NCBI GenBank assembly: GCA_043747615.1
Contig: JAYTOU010000093.1
Location: 41,339 to 105,338, forward strand
Reading direction: 5' to 3'
DNA length: 64,000 nt
Source of the DNA: Myxococcales bacterium
GTDB lineage: Bacteria; Myxococcota_A; Polyangia; Polyangiales; Polyangiaceae
Below the pieces are notes generated by a model, which was not told the origin of the DNA, ran no database searches, and saw nothing but the letters and a program-made list of their open reading frames with translations. The translations under genes and the position numbers were made by a program. Below, one piece after another: positions 28,315 to 38,736 of this stretch; positions within the stretch are counted from its first letter, which is position 1; every line of letters begins with the position of its first letter.

Positions 28315-30072
28315 TTGGGTGCGGCTCAGGTTCGAACAATCCCCGCGTGGCGGGTCACGGTCTACCGTGCCGTGCGGGCGCTCGCGTTACCGCTGGTCGT
28401 GGGTCTCCCGCCGCTCTTTTGGGTGGTCGAGGCCTCCTACCGCGCCTCTCTCACGACCCTCGGACGCGATCAGGGCATCTTTCAGTACGTCGCCTGGGCG
28501 ATCCAAAAAGGGGCGGTCGATTACCGCGATGTCAGGGACGTCAACGGCCCGCTCACCCACCTAGTGCACATGATTTTTCTCGCCCTCGGCGGTCGGGACG
28601 AGCACCAGTTTCGCGTCCTCGACATGATCGTGACGGGAGCGGCCTTCGCGCTTGCGGCGGCCTGCTTGCCGGGGATCGGACGGAGCGGGAAGGTGCGCGT
28701 CATCGAGCGCGTCGGCTGGGCATTCGCCGGATGGGTGATCCTCACGGGACAGCATCTTCTCTATCTGTACTGGGACCTCGCACAGCGAGAGACGTTCTTC
28801 GACTGGTTCATGCTGAGCGCGGTGGCCCTCCAGCTCTACGCCGAACGCGAGCTGCGAAATCCAGTCGGCAAGCACGCGCTCTTCGTCCTCGCGCTCGCCG
28901 GGGGGCTCGGGGTGATTCCGTGGTTCGGAAAACCGACGTACGTCATCTTCAGCGCCGTCCAGGTGGCGGCCTTGCTCCTGAACGACCAGACGACGATCTC
29001 CCGAAAAAAGAGGCTCTCCGCGCTGGTGCTGGGCGGCGCCGTCGGAGCGCTGACCCAAGTCGCTTTCCTCCTTTGGCGCGGCGACATTCGCGCGTTCCTC
29101 AAAATTTATTTGGTCGACGTGCCTGCGATGTACCGCTTCATGCTTCCCCGCTCACCTGCGGAAATTCTCTCGCTCACGTGGGGCGGTCCGATGTCGGCGA
29201 TCGCCTTCGGGACCAGCCTTCTTCTCTTGGCGCTCATCTGGGACGGGCAGATGCCGCGGCGCGCGCTCGGGGTAGCGCTCCTTCCGCTCGCGGGGATCGT
29301 CAGCGTCCTCGCCCAGGCCAAGGGGTTTCCGTATCACTTTCATCCGGTCACTGCGGGGCTACACCTCCAGTGGCTCCTTCTCGTGGTGTGGCTCTGGGAG
29401 CGCTACCAATTTGCACCGCGCAAGGCGATTTTCCCGCGAGCTGTGCCGTTCGTCGCCGCTGCCGCGCTCACCCTCAAGGTGGCCGTGTCGATGACGACGT
29501 CCCCGCACATTCTGGATTTGTGGATCCTCGACAAAGGCGCCAACGCCGAAACCCGCGGTACGCGCGACTACTTGGTCTACTTCGAGGACAAAGATTTTTT
29601 CCCGTGGGAGATGCGGCAGACCGCGGAGTACCTGCGCGAGCACACCACGCCGAACGATCGCGTGCAGATCTATGGGATGGACCCTTACGTTCTTTTCCTC
29701 GCCGAACGTCTGAGCGCGACTCCCTACATTTACGTCTACGACCTGAATGCAGACGCGGCCCTCGGGGGATCATGGCTGCCCGAGGGGCTCCATCCGAACG
29801 GCGAGCAATCGACGAAGATCCGTGCGCTTCGCAGCGAGCACGTCGACGATCTCTACGCTCGCGTGAAAAAGGCTCCTCCGGCCGCCTTCGTTTTTTTCGA
29901 CAAGTCGCCACTGATCAGCTTCGAAGACGCGTGGATCGACTTTGCGGAGCACTCGCCGGAGGCGGCGGCCTGGGTTCATGAGCACTATAAAGAGACTGCC
30001 GCTTTTGCTGCAGACCACATTTGGATGAGGAACGACCTCGCCGAAAAGATTGCCACGAGTAAGGTGCCCTAG
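28315..30072 (+). CDS. Polytopic membrane protein, GT-C (ArnT/PMT-like) glycosyltransferase
   Basis: 'RDQGIFQY...GAVDYRDVRDVNGP' first loop, many TM helices and a soluble C-terminal domain. Start uncertain (28198/28297/28315). Confidence 0.65.
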   Translation: MGAAQVRTIPAWRVTVYRAVRALALPLVVGLPPLFWVVEASYRASLTTLGRDQGIFQYVAWAIQKGAVDYRDVRDVNGPLTHLVHMIFLALGGRDEHQFRVLDMIVTGAAFALAAACLPGIGRSGKVRVIERVGWAFAGWVILTGQHLLYLYWDLAQRETFFDWFMLSAVALQLYAERELRNPVGKHALFVLALAGGLGVIPWFGKPTYVIFSAVQVAALLLNDQTTISRKKRLSALVLGGAVGALTQVAFLLWRGDIRAFLKIYLVDVPAMYRFMLPRSPAEILSLTWGGPMSAIAFGTSLLLLALIWDGQMPRRALGVALLPLAGIVSVLAQAKGFPYHFHPVTAGLHLQWLLLVVWLWERYQFAPRKAIFPRAVPFVAAAALTLKVAVSMTTSPHILDLWILDKGANAETRGTRDYLVYFEDKDFFPWEMRQTAEYLREHTTPNDRVQIYGMDPYVLFLAERLSATPYIYVYDLNADAALGGSWLPEGLHPNGEQSTKIRALRSEHVDDLYARVKKAPPAAFVFFDKSPLISFEDAWIDFAEHSPEAAAWVHEHYKETAAFAADHIWMRNDLAEKIATSKVP

Positions 30073-30078
30073 CGTCCC

Positions 30079-32397
30079 ATGGAAGAGTCTCCCGTCTTCA
30101 TGCCCACGGATTCAGCGTCGTCGTCCGGCCCTGCCTCGACGCCCACGCCTAGCCCGACATCGACCGATGCGCGGACGACTCCGATCGCGCCCGTCGAATC
30201 GCCCGATCTGCGTGCGCCCTCGCTGTACCTGAACCGCGAGCTTTCCTGGCTCGAGTTCAACGCGCGCGTTCTGGCCGAGGCTCTCAACGAAAACGTTCCG
30301 CTGCTCGAGCGGCTGAAATTCCACGCGATCGTCTACTCGAACCTCGACGAATTTTTCATGGTGCGCGTGGCTGGACTGAAGCAGCAGCTCACGGGCGAGG
30401 TCGGTGAATTTCCGCCCGACGGCATGACGACGGTCGAGCAGCTTGCGTCGATCGCAGCGCGCGTCCACGACCTCGTAGCTCAGCAAACGGCGGCCCTCAC
30501 CGGGCAGCTCTTTCCCCGCCTCGCCGAGCACGGGATCTTGCTGGTCAAGCCCGAGGTCCTGACACCCGAGCAGCTCGCTCTTCTCGACGCGCAGTTCCAC
30601 AACGAAATTTTTCCGATTCTCACGCCGATCGCGATCGATCTCGGGCACCCGTTTCCGCACGTTCGCAACCGCAGCCTCAACCTCGGCGTGATGTTCTCGC
30701 GCGAGGGGCTGCCCGAAGCGGGCTTCGGCGTCGTGCAAGTGCCGATGATGATCTCGCGGATGATCGAGGTTCCCGGTGTGCGCTCGAGCGACGGAACCAC
30801 GGCGAAACACGCCTTCGTTCTTCTCGAGGACCTCATTGCTCGGCACGTGGGGAGCATCTTCCCCGGCGCACGGTTGAAGGGGGTCTATGCCTTCCGCGTG
30901 ACACGCAACTTCGATCTCGAGATCGACGAGGAAGAGGCCGAGGATCTCCTCCAGACCATCCAGCAGGAGCTGCGGCGTCGAGAGCGAGGCAACGCCGTTC
31001 GCTTGGAGGTCTCGGGTGAACCGACGCCGGCGTCGCTCGCCAAGCTGGTGAAGGCTCTCAAGCTCGATCCGGATCGCGACGTGTACCGCACGTCGGGCAT
31101 GCTCAATTTGTCTGATCTCATGCAGATCGTCGGGCGCGAAGAACGTCGCGACTTGAAGGACGAACCGTTCACGGCCTACGCCGTTCCGCCGCTCCGTGAC
31201 GCCGATGATTATTTTGCGGTGCTGCGCGAGACCGACGTCCTTCTTCATCATCCGTACGAGTCGTTCGACGCGGTCGTCGATTTCATCACGCGCGCCGCCG
31301 ACGATCCCGACGTGCTCGCGATCAAGCAAACGCTCTACCGCGCAGGCGGGGACTCACCGATCGTCAAGGCTCTCGCACGCGCGGCCGAAGCCGGAAAGCA
31401 AGTGACGGCGATCGTCGAGCTCAAGGCGCGCTTCGAAGAAGAGTCGAACATCCAGTGGGCTCGGACGCTCGAGCAGGCCGGGGTGCACGTCGTTTACGGC
31501 CTGATTGGGCTAAAAACGCACGCCAAGTGCCTCCTGATCGTGCGGCGCGAAAAGGGAAAGCTGCGGCGCTACGTCCACCTTTCGACGGGCAACTACAACC
31601 CGACGACGGCAAAGCTCTACACCGACATTTCACTCCTCACGTCGCGCTCGAACATTTGCGAAGACGCGTCGTCGCTCTTCAATTTGCTCACCGGCTACAG
31701 CGCGCCTCCGAAGTGGAACTCGGCGATCGTCGCGCCGCTCGGTCTCCACGAAGCCGTTCTCGGGCTCATCGCTCGCGAAGCCGACCATGCCCGCGCCGGA
31801 CGCCCCGCGAAGATCGTCGCCAAGATGAACGCCCTCGTCGACGAAGACGTGGTCGAAGCGCTCTACCGCGCGTCGCAGGCTGGCGTGCAGATGCAGCTGC
31901 TCGTGCGCGGCATCTGCTGTCTCCGACCCGGCGTTCCGAAGGTCAGCGAGCACATCGAGGTGCGGGCGATCGTCGATCGCTTCCTCGAGCACGGTCGCGT
32001 CTTCCATTTCGCTAACGGCGGAAAAGAAGAGGTTTACATTGCCAGCGCAGACTGGATGCCCCGCAATTTCCACCGCCGCGTCGAGATGATGATCCCCGTG
32101 GAGGATCCCAACCTCCGGCTCCGCCTGATCGAGATTTTGCAGACGAGCTGGGCCGACAACGTGAAGTCGTGGAGTCTGCAGAGCGATGGGAGCTACTGCC
32201 GCGTGCAAGCCGTGCCCGGTCAGCCGCTTCTGCGGAGTCAGCTGCGCTTCATCGAGTCTACCCGCGACAAGGTGAAGGCCGCCGAGACCGCGGGCCGCCC
32301 GTCGAGCCGCTTTCATTTCGCGCCCGGTCAGCCTCAAGAAGACGTGCGACGGCCGAGGCGTCGGCGCGAGCAACCGAAAAAAGAACGCATACCCTGA
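30079..32397 (+). CDS. ppk1: Polyphosphate kinase 1
   Basis: NRELSWLEFNARV, NLDEFFMVRV, HHPYESF, KTHAK, RFLEH, SADWMPRN. Confidence 0.97.
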   Translation: MEESPVFMPTDSASSSGPASTPTPSPTSTDARTTPIAPVESPDLRAPSLYLNRELSWLEFNARVLAEALNENVPLLERLKFHAIVYSNLDEFFMVRVAGLKQQLTGEVGEFPPDGMTTVEQLASIAARVHDLVAQQTAALTGQLFPRLAEHGILLVKPEVLTPEQLALLDAQFHNEIFPILTPIAIDLGHPFPHVRNRSLNLGVMFSREGLPEAGFGVVQVPMMISRMIEVPGVRSSDGTTAKHAFVLLEDLIARHVGSIFPGARLKGVYAFRVTRNFDLEIDEEEAEDLLQTIQQELRRRERGNAVRLEVSGEPTPASLAKLVKALKLDPDRDVYRTSGMLNLSDLMQIVGREERRDLKDEPFTAYAVPPLRDADDYFAVLRETDVLLHHPYESFDAVVDFITRAADDPDVLAIKQTLYRAGGDSPIVKALARAAEAGKQVTAIVELKARFEEESNIQWARTLEQAGVHVVYGLIGLKTHAKCLLIVRREKGKLRRYVHLSTGNYNPTTAKLYTDISLLTSRSNICEDASSLFNLLTGYSAPPKWNSAIVAPLGLHEAVLGLIAREADHARAGRPAKIVAKMNALVDEDVVEALYRASQAGVQMQLLVRGICCLRPGVPKVSEHIEVRAIVDRFLEHGRVFHFANGGKEEVYIASADWMPRNFHRRVEMMIPVEDPNLRLRLIEILQTSWADNVKSWSLQSDGSYCRVQAVPGQPLLRSQLRFIESTRDKVKAAETAGRPSSRFHFAPGQPQEDVRRPRRRREQPKKERIP

Positions 32398-32427
32398 GCG
32401 CCGGTATCGGACGCCGACGAGGCCTGT

Positions 32428-33687
32428 TCACAGAAGTAGATACAGATTCCAGGCGGTGTGAACGAGTACGGCGGCGATGATGCCCCCCTCCTCGAACGCC
32501 GCGCCGAACGCGATCCCGAGGAGCACCGTTTGGTAGAGCGCCACGCGGTAGACGCCTAGATGGGCGAGCGCGAAGATGACGGCCGCCAAAGCGATGGCCC
32601 TCGCCGCACCGTAGCGACGGGCGAACACGCGCTGCAGAAGGCCGCGGTAGACGCGCTCTTCGACGATCGGAACGATGAAGACGGTCATCGCGAAAAACGC
32701 CCATTTTTCCCGGGCTTCCTCGATCCCTCGCTTGACTTCACCGCTCTCGGCCGCGAGCAGCTTTCGCACCGTCCCGTGCTCGAAGCCGGACGGATCGAGG
32801 CAGCGCAGCACGTACGCGACGGCGTCCACACCATAGTGGGCAAGGTTCGTGAGGCCGACGGTGAGCGCGAAGCCGAGGACGAAGCCGAGCGCAACACCGG
32901 CAGCCGTTGGGCGCTCTTTCGGGAAACCACGGGCCGCGAGCGGCGGGACTATCGCGGAGTAAAGCACGAAGAGCCCACCTTGCGGCCACACCCCGAGATG
33001 CGCGTGTCGCGCGAGGAAGAGAACGATCGGAAGCCCGAGACCTGCCGCGAGCGCCGCGACGAGATGGGTGTTCGTCGGGCGCGCATCATGCGTGGCGTTC
33101 GTGATCCCGAGACGCGCGAGCGAAGCGTTCACGATGGAGCTGGGCGACGGAGCGCGCCACGCCACGAGGACCGCCACGGCGAGAGCGACCACCGGCGCAG
33201 CGATCAAGATCGGGCTCACCCCGCGTGCGCACGTTCGCGCGAGCAAGAATGCGTAGCGGGCGGCCGCCCCCGCGAAAACGAACGCCGTCGTGCGCGGATG
33301 ACGCGGCGTTTTCTGAGCCAGATCGACGGTGGTGGCCGCCGCGAGGAACGCGTCTACGGCCAGGCGCGCCCATGCCCCCGAGACCCCCGCGCCCCCGAGC
33401 TCACGATCGAGCTCCGCAAGCATGAGAATCGGCACGAGCCCGAGGAACATCCACGCCCGCACCCTCCGGTAGGCCGTGAGCGCGGGCAACGCGAGGCCCT
33501 CGGCAAAGCGATCGCGAAGCGCGCCGTTCTTCCGCAGCGCCTCGGCGAACGGGGAAAATGGCCCTTCCCGAGTGAGGGCGAGCATGCTCGAGGGCGTGAG
33601 ATCCTTCGTTCCCGCGAGATCGGCGGGCAGGACGACGGACGGCTCGCCTTCCTCCGACCGACCGAGCCGCACGAACACCGGGAGCAT
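32428..33687 (-). CDS. CPBP (Abi/CAAX type II) intramembrane metalloprotease with N-terminal membrane extension
   Basis: EERVYRG, FALAH and HTAWN motifs in the C-terminal domain. Confidence 0.85.
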   Translation of the reverse strand: MLPVFVRLGRSEEGEPSVVLPADLAGTKDLTPSSMLALTREGPFSPFAEALRKNGALRDRFAEGLALPALTAYRRVRAWMFLGLVPILMLAELDRELGGAGVSGAWARLAVDAFLAAATTVDLAQKTPRHPRTTAFVFAGAAARYAFLLARTCARGVSPILIAAPVVALAVAVLVAWRAPSPSSIVNASLARLGITNATHDARPTNTHLVAALAAGLGLPIVLFLARHAHLGVWPQGGLFVLYSAIVPPLAARGFPKERPTAAGVALGFVLGFALTVGLTNLAHYGVDAVAYVLRCLDPSGFEHGTVRKLLAAESGEVKRGIEEAREKWAFFAMTVFIVPIVEERVYRGLLQRVFARRYGAARAIALAAVIFALAHLGVYRVALYQTVLLGIAFGAAFEEGGIIAAVLVHTAWNLYLLL

Positions 33688-33727
33688 TCCCCCTCTGAAT
33701 ACACGGTGCGTGGTAATTTGGTGGCAG

Positions 33728-33886
33728 ATGCTATTCGGGATGACTCGCGGCGAGATTGGGCTCGTGGTCTTCATTTTCGGGCTCGTGTACGTGGCGGCGT
33801 TCCTGCCACGCATGGGCGCGTGGCTCGGTGACAAGCTCTTCGCTCGCGATCCGGAGTCGAATCCGAAAGAATCGGGCGACGGGTGA
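33728..33886 (+). CDS. Small membrane protein, TatA-like (52 aa)
   Basis: MLFGMTRGEIGLVVFIFGLVYVAAFLPRMGAWLG follows the TatA pattern; the stop overlaps the next GTG (GTGA). Confidence 0.55.
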   Translation: MLFGMTRGEIGLVVFIFGLVYVAAFLPRMGAWLGDKLFARDPESNPKESGDG

Positions 33887-36264
33887 GCAGCTCCGACAGC
33901 GAAGCTCCGCGCACGTCGACGACGGTGTTCATGAGCGATCCGTCGGCCGAGGCGGAGCGGATCGCGCAGACGCTCCGGGCGGCTGGTTACCTGGTGGTCG
34001 ACGTTCCGCTGTCGATGCTGGTCGCGCGTGTCGCGGTGCAGCGTCCGCGCGTGATCCTGGTGGACGCGGACGGCGAAGGAGCGCTCGAGGCGATCGGTCG
34101 GATGCGCGAGCTCCCGGACTCGAGCTCCGTCGATGTGCTCTTCTGCGGACGAGGTGGGCACCAACTGACCGGTGTCGAAGACGCGCTTGCCCACGAGGGC
34201 AGCGGCTTCTTTCCGCGCCCGGTGAACGTTCCGGAGCTAGTGAAGAAGATCGAATTGCTCACCGGTCGCGTGAGCACGCCACCTCCGCCCTCGAAGCGAC
34301 CGAGCCCCGCCCCGCCGATGCTTCCGCCCGCGAGCATCCGTTCGGAGAAGTTGCCTAGCCAGCCGCCACAGTCGCTGCCCGCTCCGTTTCAAGCGATCCC
34401 TTCGGCGCGCGTGTCTCAGCCGCCGATGAATCAGCAGAGCATTCCGCCGGAGGTCGCCGTGAGACGCGGCACGCACGTCCAGGCACCACTCAGCGACGAG
34501 CTCCAGCAGCTGCTCGCGGAGGCCGAGGACCGCGTTGCGGCGGCACATCCTCACGTGGACTCGAGTCCCCCTTCGCCCGAGGAGGAGATCGAAGCCGTTC
34601 TCCCCGAGGAGATTCTCGCCGCGCTCGACGAGCCTCTCGAGGAAGAGGAAGACGACGACGATCACGAGCCGAGCCTCGGCGCCCACAACCGCGCGACTAC
34701 TTCGGGCGGGAGCAAGCACACCACCGGGACCGGGATGCGCCAGCAGCAGACCACGGGCTCGGGTGGCAGCGTCAGCGCCGCCCAGACGAACGACGGCTCC
34801 CAGTTTCTTCAAGGTCGCACGCACGGCGAAACCGGCGCGGCCACGAACGCTGGGCGACCCCTCGGGATCAGCTCAGCGCCGCGCGAAAGCTACAACGACG
34901 GTCTGTCAGAAGTTCCGCCGCCGAACGATGCTCAACGCGCTCCCTTGCCCCCCTTCGGGCCAGGGCCGGTCTTTGCCGCAGCGCACAACGATCCGCGCCG
35001 CGACAGCTCACCACCGCCGCGCACGGAGCACGCGCCCAGCGCTTTTTCGACGACGCTCGGCAGCGAGCACCTCGCTCAAAACATGTCGAGCTTCGACGCG
35101 CGCCCAGGGTCGGTCCCCACTGATACGAGCTCGGCGAACGCGCTTCCTCCCGTGCGCAGCGATCCTCCTCCACCGGTCATGCTTGCGTCGCGCAAAGCGG
35201 AGAGCGTGCCTCCGCCCCACGCCGTCCCGAGTGTCCTCGGCCCGGGCGATGCTCCGCGAACGTTGGCGCGGGCGATTGCGTCGCGCGTCACGGGGACGCT
35301 CTGCTTCGAGTCGAAGGACGGCGTGAGGCGCGCGGTGCTCCGCGAAGGCGATCTGGTGACGACCGCTTCGGGCGTGGACGACGAGAGCCTCCTTGCCTTC
35401 CTCGGCGCGCGCGGAGATCTTCCGCGTGAGCGTTTGGCGCAGCTCGCAGGTCGCTTCGCCACCTTCGGAAGGCATGCAGGCGCGGCCCTCGTGGCGCACG
35501 GGTATTTACGGCAAGATCAGCTGTGGCCGGTTCTTCGGGCGCACGCGGAATGGATCCTCGGCCGCGCAATTTTGACTAAGGAAGGGACCGCTCTCATCGA
35601 GCCCGAGCCGCCGGGACGGCTTCGCGGAGAGCCGAGCGTATTCGGTGGATCGACCGGGGCCGAAGTCTTCGTGGAGGTGGTCAGGCGCGTGGTCTCGACC
35701 GATGATGCGATCGCGCGTCTCGGGGGGATTTCGTCGCGTGTCGGCCCGGGAGAAAATTCGGCGCTTCTCACGGAGTGCGCGCTCAGTGCAGCGGAAGCCG
35801 AGAGCGTAAAGGCCGCCGAGGGGCAGACCGTCGGGGAGGTGCTTGCCACGCACCCGGAGAGTGACATGGCATCGCTTCTTTACGCGCTCGGCGCACTGGG
35901 AGTGATGGAGGTGCTCCGGTCGATCAACGGCGCAAGGAAGATCGCGGAAAACGCCGTCAGCGTCGATGCTCTCGACGTCGACGCCGTTCGGGCTCGAGTG
36001 CGCGCGCGCATCGAGATCGTCGACGAGGGGGACTACTTCGCCGTCCTCGGCGTCTCGCGAAGCGCCACGGGTTACGAAGTGAAGCGCGCATTTCTCGAGC
36101 TGAGGCGGGCCTTCGATCCGGCGCGCTTGCTCACCCCTCCGGTCGCCGACCTTGCGTCCGACGTGAGGAAAATCGTAACCGTTCTCGAAGAGGCCTACGA
36201 GATCTTGCGAGACGGCGCCCGCCGCGAGCGCTACCGCCGCGCGATCGACAACAGCCCCGGCTGA
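33883..36264 (+). CDS. Atypical receiver + Pro-rich linker + DUF4388-like + J-like domain protein
   Basis: N-terminal CheY-like fold (VILVDAD, FPRP); 'RVTGTLCF...VLREGDLVTTAS' DUF4388-like; C-terminal DYFAVLGV...EEAYEILRD...RERY. Confidence 0.8.
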   Translation: MSSSDSEAPRTSTTVFMSDPSAEAERIAQTLRAAGYLVVDVPLSMLVARVAVQRPRVILVDADGEGALEAIGRMRELPDSSSVDVLFCGRGGHQLTGVEDALAHEGSGFFPRPVNVPELVKKIELLTGRVSTPPPPSKRPSPAPPMLPPASIRSEKLPSQPPQSLPAPFQAIPSARVSQPPMNQQSIPPEVAVRRGTHVQAPLSDELQQLLAEAEDRVAAAHPHVDSSPPSPEEEIEAVLPEEILAALDEPLEEEEDDDDHEPSLGAHNRATTSGGSKHTTGTGMRQQQTTGSGGSVSAAQTNDGSQFLQGRTHGETGAATNAGRPLGISSAPRESYNDGLSEVPPPNDAQRAPLPPFGPGPVFAAAHNDPRRDSSPPPRTEHAPSAFSTTLGSEHLAQNMSSFDARPGSVPTDTSSANALPPVRSDPPPPVMLASRKAESVPPPHAVPSVLGPGDAPRTLARAIASRVTGTLCFESKDGVRRAVLREGDLVTTASGVDDESLLAFLGARGDLPRERLAQLAGRFATFGRHAGAALVAHGYLRQDQLWPVLRAHAEWILGRAILTKEGTALIEPEPPGRLRGEPSVFGGSTGAEVFVEVVRRVVSTDDAIARLGGISSRVGPGENSALLTECALSAAEAESVKAAEGQTVGEVLATHPESDMASLLYALGALGVMEVLRSINGARKIAENAVSVDALDVDAVRARVRARIEIVDEGDYFAVLGVSRSATGYEVKRAFLELRRAFDPARLLTPPVADLASDVRKIVTVLEEAYEILRDGARRERYRRAIDNSPG

Positions 36265-36300
36265 ACGCATCGCGCTCAAAAATTCTGAAAAGTGGCTTGT

Positions 36301-38736
36301 CTAGGCCGTTTTCTGGACCATCGGGGTGACGGCGTCGACCACGATCTTGCCGTCCTCCACGTCGACCGTGGCGACGTCACCGCGCGAAATTTCTCCACGC
36401 AGCAGCATGTCGCCGATCGGCGCTTCCACCATCCGGCCGATCGCCCGCCGCATCGGACGCGCGCCCAGCTCGGGATCGAACCCGCCTGCCTCGAGCAGCG
36501 CGTCGATGGCCGCTTCGCTCACGTCGAGACGTACGCCGCGCGTCCTGTCCATCTCCTCACCCAGCGCAACGAGCATTCTGCGCGCGACCTCTGCCACGTC
36601 GACCCGGGTGAGAGGCGCGAAGGCCAAGACCTCGTCGAGGCGGTTGTAGAGCTCGGGAGGAAGCGCAGAGCGTGCGCTCGAAAGGAGCGCTGCTTCGTAG
36701 GTGGCTACCTCGGTTGCAAGAATCGTCGGACGCGTTCCGAAGCCAATTTTCCCACGTGGCGACGACGCGGGCATGGCCACCTCGGCGCCGAGGTTCGAGG
36801 TAAGAATGATGACGGTGTTGGTGAAATCGATGGTTCGGCCGCGCCCGTCGGTGAGCCGTCCCTCGTCGAACACCTGGAGAAACGCTTCGAGCACGTCGCG
36901 GTGGGCCTTCTCGATCTCATCGAGGAGAATGACCTGGTAGGGGCGGCGGCGAACCGCCTCAGTCAGTTGCCCACCCGCCTCGTGCCCCACGTACCCAGGA
37001 GGCGCACCGACCAAGCGCGAGATCGCGTGAGGCTCCGCGTACTCGGAAAGATCGAGGCGGGTCATTGCGTCGGACGAGTAGAAGAGACACTCGGCGATGG
37101 CCTTGGCGGTCTCCGTTTTTCCGACGCCGGTGGAGCCGAGGAGGAGAAACGAGCCGATCGGACGGCGTGCGCGGAAGCCCGATGCGTTCCGTCGGAGAAC
37201 CGTCGCGATGCGGGCGAGGGCCGAGGTGTGCCCCACGATCCGTTCGGCCAAGAGCGACTCCAGACGCAGCATCCGTTCCCGATCCGTCTCGAGAAGGCGC
37301 TCGGTAGGGACGCCGGCGATTTCACTCACCACCTCGGCGATGTCCTCCGCCGTGAGCTCGGCCTGGGAGCGACGACGGGCGCGCGCGCCCGCGAGATCGA
37401 GAATGGAGACGGCCTTGTCGGGGAGGGCTCGTCCAGGAATGTAGCGGACGCTCCAGGCGATCGTGGCGGCGAGCGCCTCCTTCGAGATGGTCGCCTTGTG
37501 ATGCGACTCGAGGAGCGGCGCGATCGATTCTAGAGCCAAGAACGCCTCTTCCGGTGAAAGCTCGTCCACCTCGACCGGCGTGAAGCGACGGGCAAGACCA
37601 GTGTCGGACTCCACGACTTTTCGATACTCCTCGTGGGTCGTCGCTCCGATGCACACGAGCTCGCCCTTCGCCAAAGCGGTCTTCAGCTCGCTCGTCGCCT
37701 CGTCCCCGGCATCAGCGCCGAAGAGGGTGTGCATCTCGTCGAAGAACAGGACGATCCGCCCCTCCCCCTTCTTCACCTCCGCCTTGATCAAGGCAATTCG
37801 TTCCGCGAGCGCGCCCCGCATCCCGGTTCCCGCGAGCAAGGTGGCCGGTTCGATTTCAATGACCAGCCGGTCATCCAACGAGATGACGTCTTTCCCCTCG
37901 GCGATCCGCTGCGCTATGCCCCGGACGACGCTCGTCTTGCCGACGCCGGCGACGCCGACGAGGCACGGGTTGTTGGCCTGGCGCTTCGCGAGGACGTCTA
38001 GGGTCCGCTCGATCTCCTCGTCGCGTCCGACCACTGGATCGAGCTCTCCCCGCGCTGCCGCCAGGGTGAGGTTTTTTCCTAGAAGGGTCAGCGTGGGAAA
38101 GATCTTCGGGTCGAGCGTGAAGCGATCGTGCTCGGGCTTCGGGTGGTGGCCCCGCGCCTTCTTTCGCGAAAGAGGCGCCGGCGTGGGAACGACGGGCGAA
38201 GGGGCCCGCGCCACCGGCGTCCGAGCTACGGTCACCGCAACGGGTTTCGGCACGACAGGGCGGGGCTGGGGAGCAGGAGGCATCGCCAAGATCGCCTGCG
38301 GCGGAGGGGGTATTCTTCTCGGCGGCGCGATCCCCATTGCGAGCTGCATCGCGGCCATCCGCAGTTTCCCCACGTCGGTCCCGCACTGTTCGAGCGCGCG
38401 GTGGGCGGCGTTCGATCGCTCCTGACAAAGCGCAAAAAGAAGATGGAGACTCCCCGGCTCGCGCGTCGCCGAACGAGCTGCGAACTCTCTCGCCCGTTGG
38501 ATGGCTCGCGTGATGGCGTCGTTCGCGTCGTCCTGCACGACACGCGCCGCCTTGAGGAGCACCTCGACGTCGAGGCGCCGCTCCTTCAGGAGATCCGCCG
38601 CAAGACTGGGACGCGAGGCAATCGCCGCAAGGAGATGCCCCGTCGTGGTTCGCTCGTTTTTTCGTTGGGCGAGCTCGTCGGCGAGCTTACGAACAAAGAC
38701 CAGTTCCGGTTCGCGGCTCGTCGGAGAGGCTGTCAT
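36301..38736 (-). CDS. ATP-dependent Clp protease ATP-binding subunit (ClpA/ClpC-type)
   Basis: Clp N-domain and two AAA+ modules (GVAGVGKT/FFDE; GSTGVGKT/LLDEIEK), GAPPGYVGH pore loop, IGF loop, no long M-domain. Confidence 0.93.
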   Translation of the reverse strand: MTASPTSREPELVFVRKLADELAQRKNERTTTGHLLAAIASRPSLAADLLKERRLDVEVLLKAARVVQDDANDAITRAIQRAREFAARSATREPGSLHLLFALCQERSNAAHRALEQCGTDVGKLRMAAMQLAMGIAPPRRIPPPPQAILAMPPAPQPRPVVPKPVAVTVARTPVARAPSPVVPTPAPLSRKKARGHHPKPEHDRFTLDPKIFPTLTLLGKNLTLAAARGELDPVVGRDEEIERTLDVLAKRQANNPCLVGVAGVGKTSVVRGIAQRIAEGKDVISLDDRLVIEIEPATLLAGTGMRGALAERIALIKAEVKKGEGRIVLFFDEMHTLFGADAGDEATSELKTALAKGELVCIGATTHEEYRKVVESDTGLARRFTPVEVDELSPEEAFLALESIAPLLESHHKATISKEALAATIAWSVRYIPGRALPDKAVSILDLAGARARRRSQAELTAEDIAEVVSEIAGVPTERLLETDRERMLRLESLLAERIVGHTSALARIATVLRRNASGFRARRPIGSFLLLGSTGVGKTETAKAIAECLFYSSDAMTRLDLSEYAEPHAISRLVGAPPGYVGHEAGGQLTEAVRRRPYQVILLDEIEKAHRDVLEAFLQVFDEGRLTDGRGRTIDFTNTVIILTSNLGAEVAMPASSPRGKIGFGTRPTILATEVATYEAALLSSARSALPPELYNRLDEVLAFAPLTRVDVAEVARRMLVALGEEMDRTRGVRLDVSEAAIDALLEAGGFDPELGARPMRRAIGRMVEAPIGDMLLRGEISRGDVATVDVEDGKIVVDAVTPMVQKTA

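Noticed and set aside
26820..29981. 1053-aa plus-strand ORF
   Set aside because: It lies antisense to the DHH/Fmt-like genes and out of frame with the GT-C gene. It is Arg/Gly-rich with no motifs, as expected of a high-GC shadow ORF.
32428..33687. Anti-phage abortive infection call for the 'Abi' protease
   Set aside because: The CPBP family name is historical, and there is no defence-island context.
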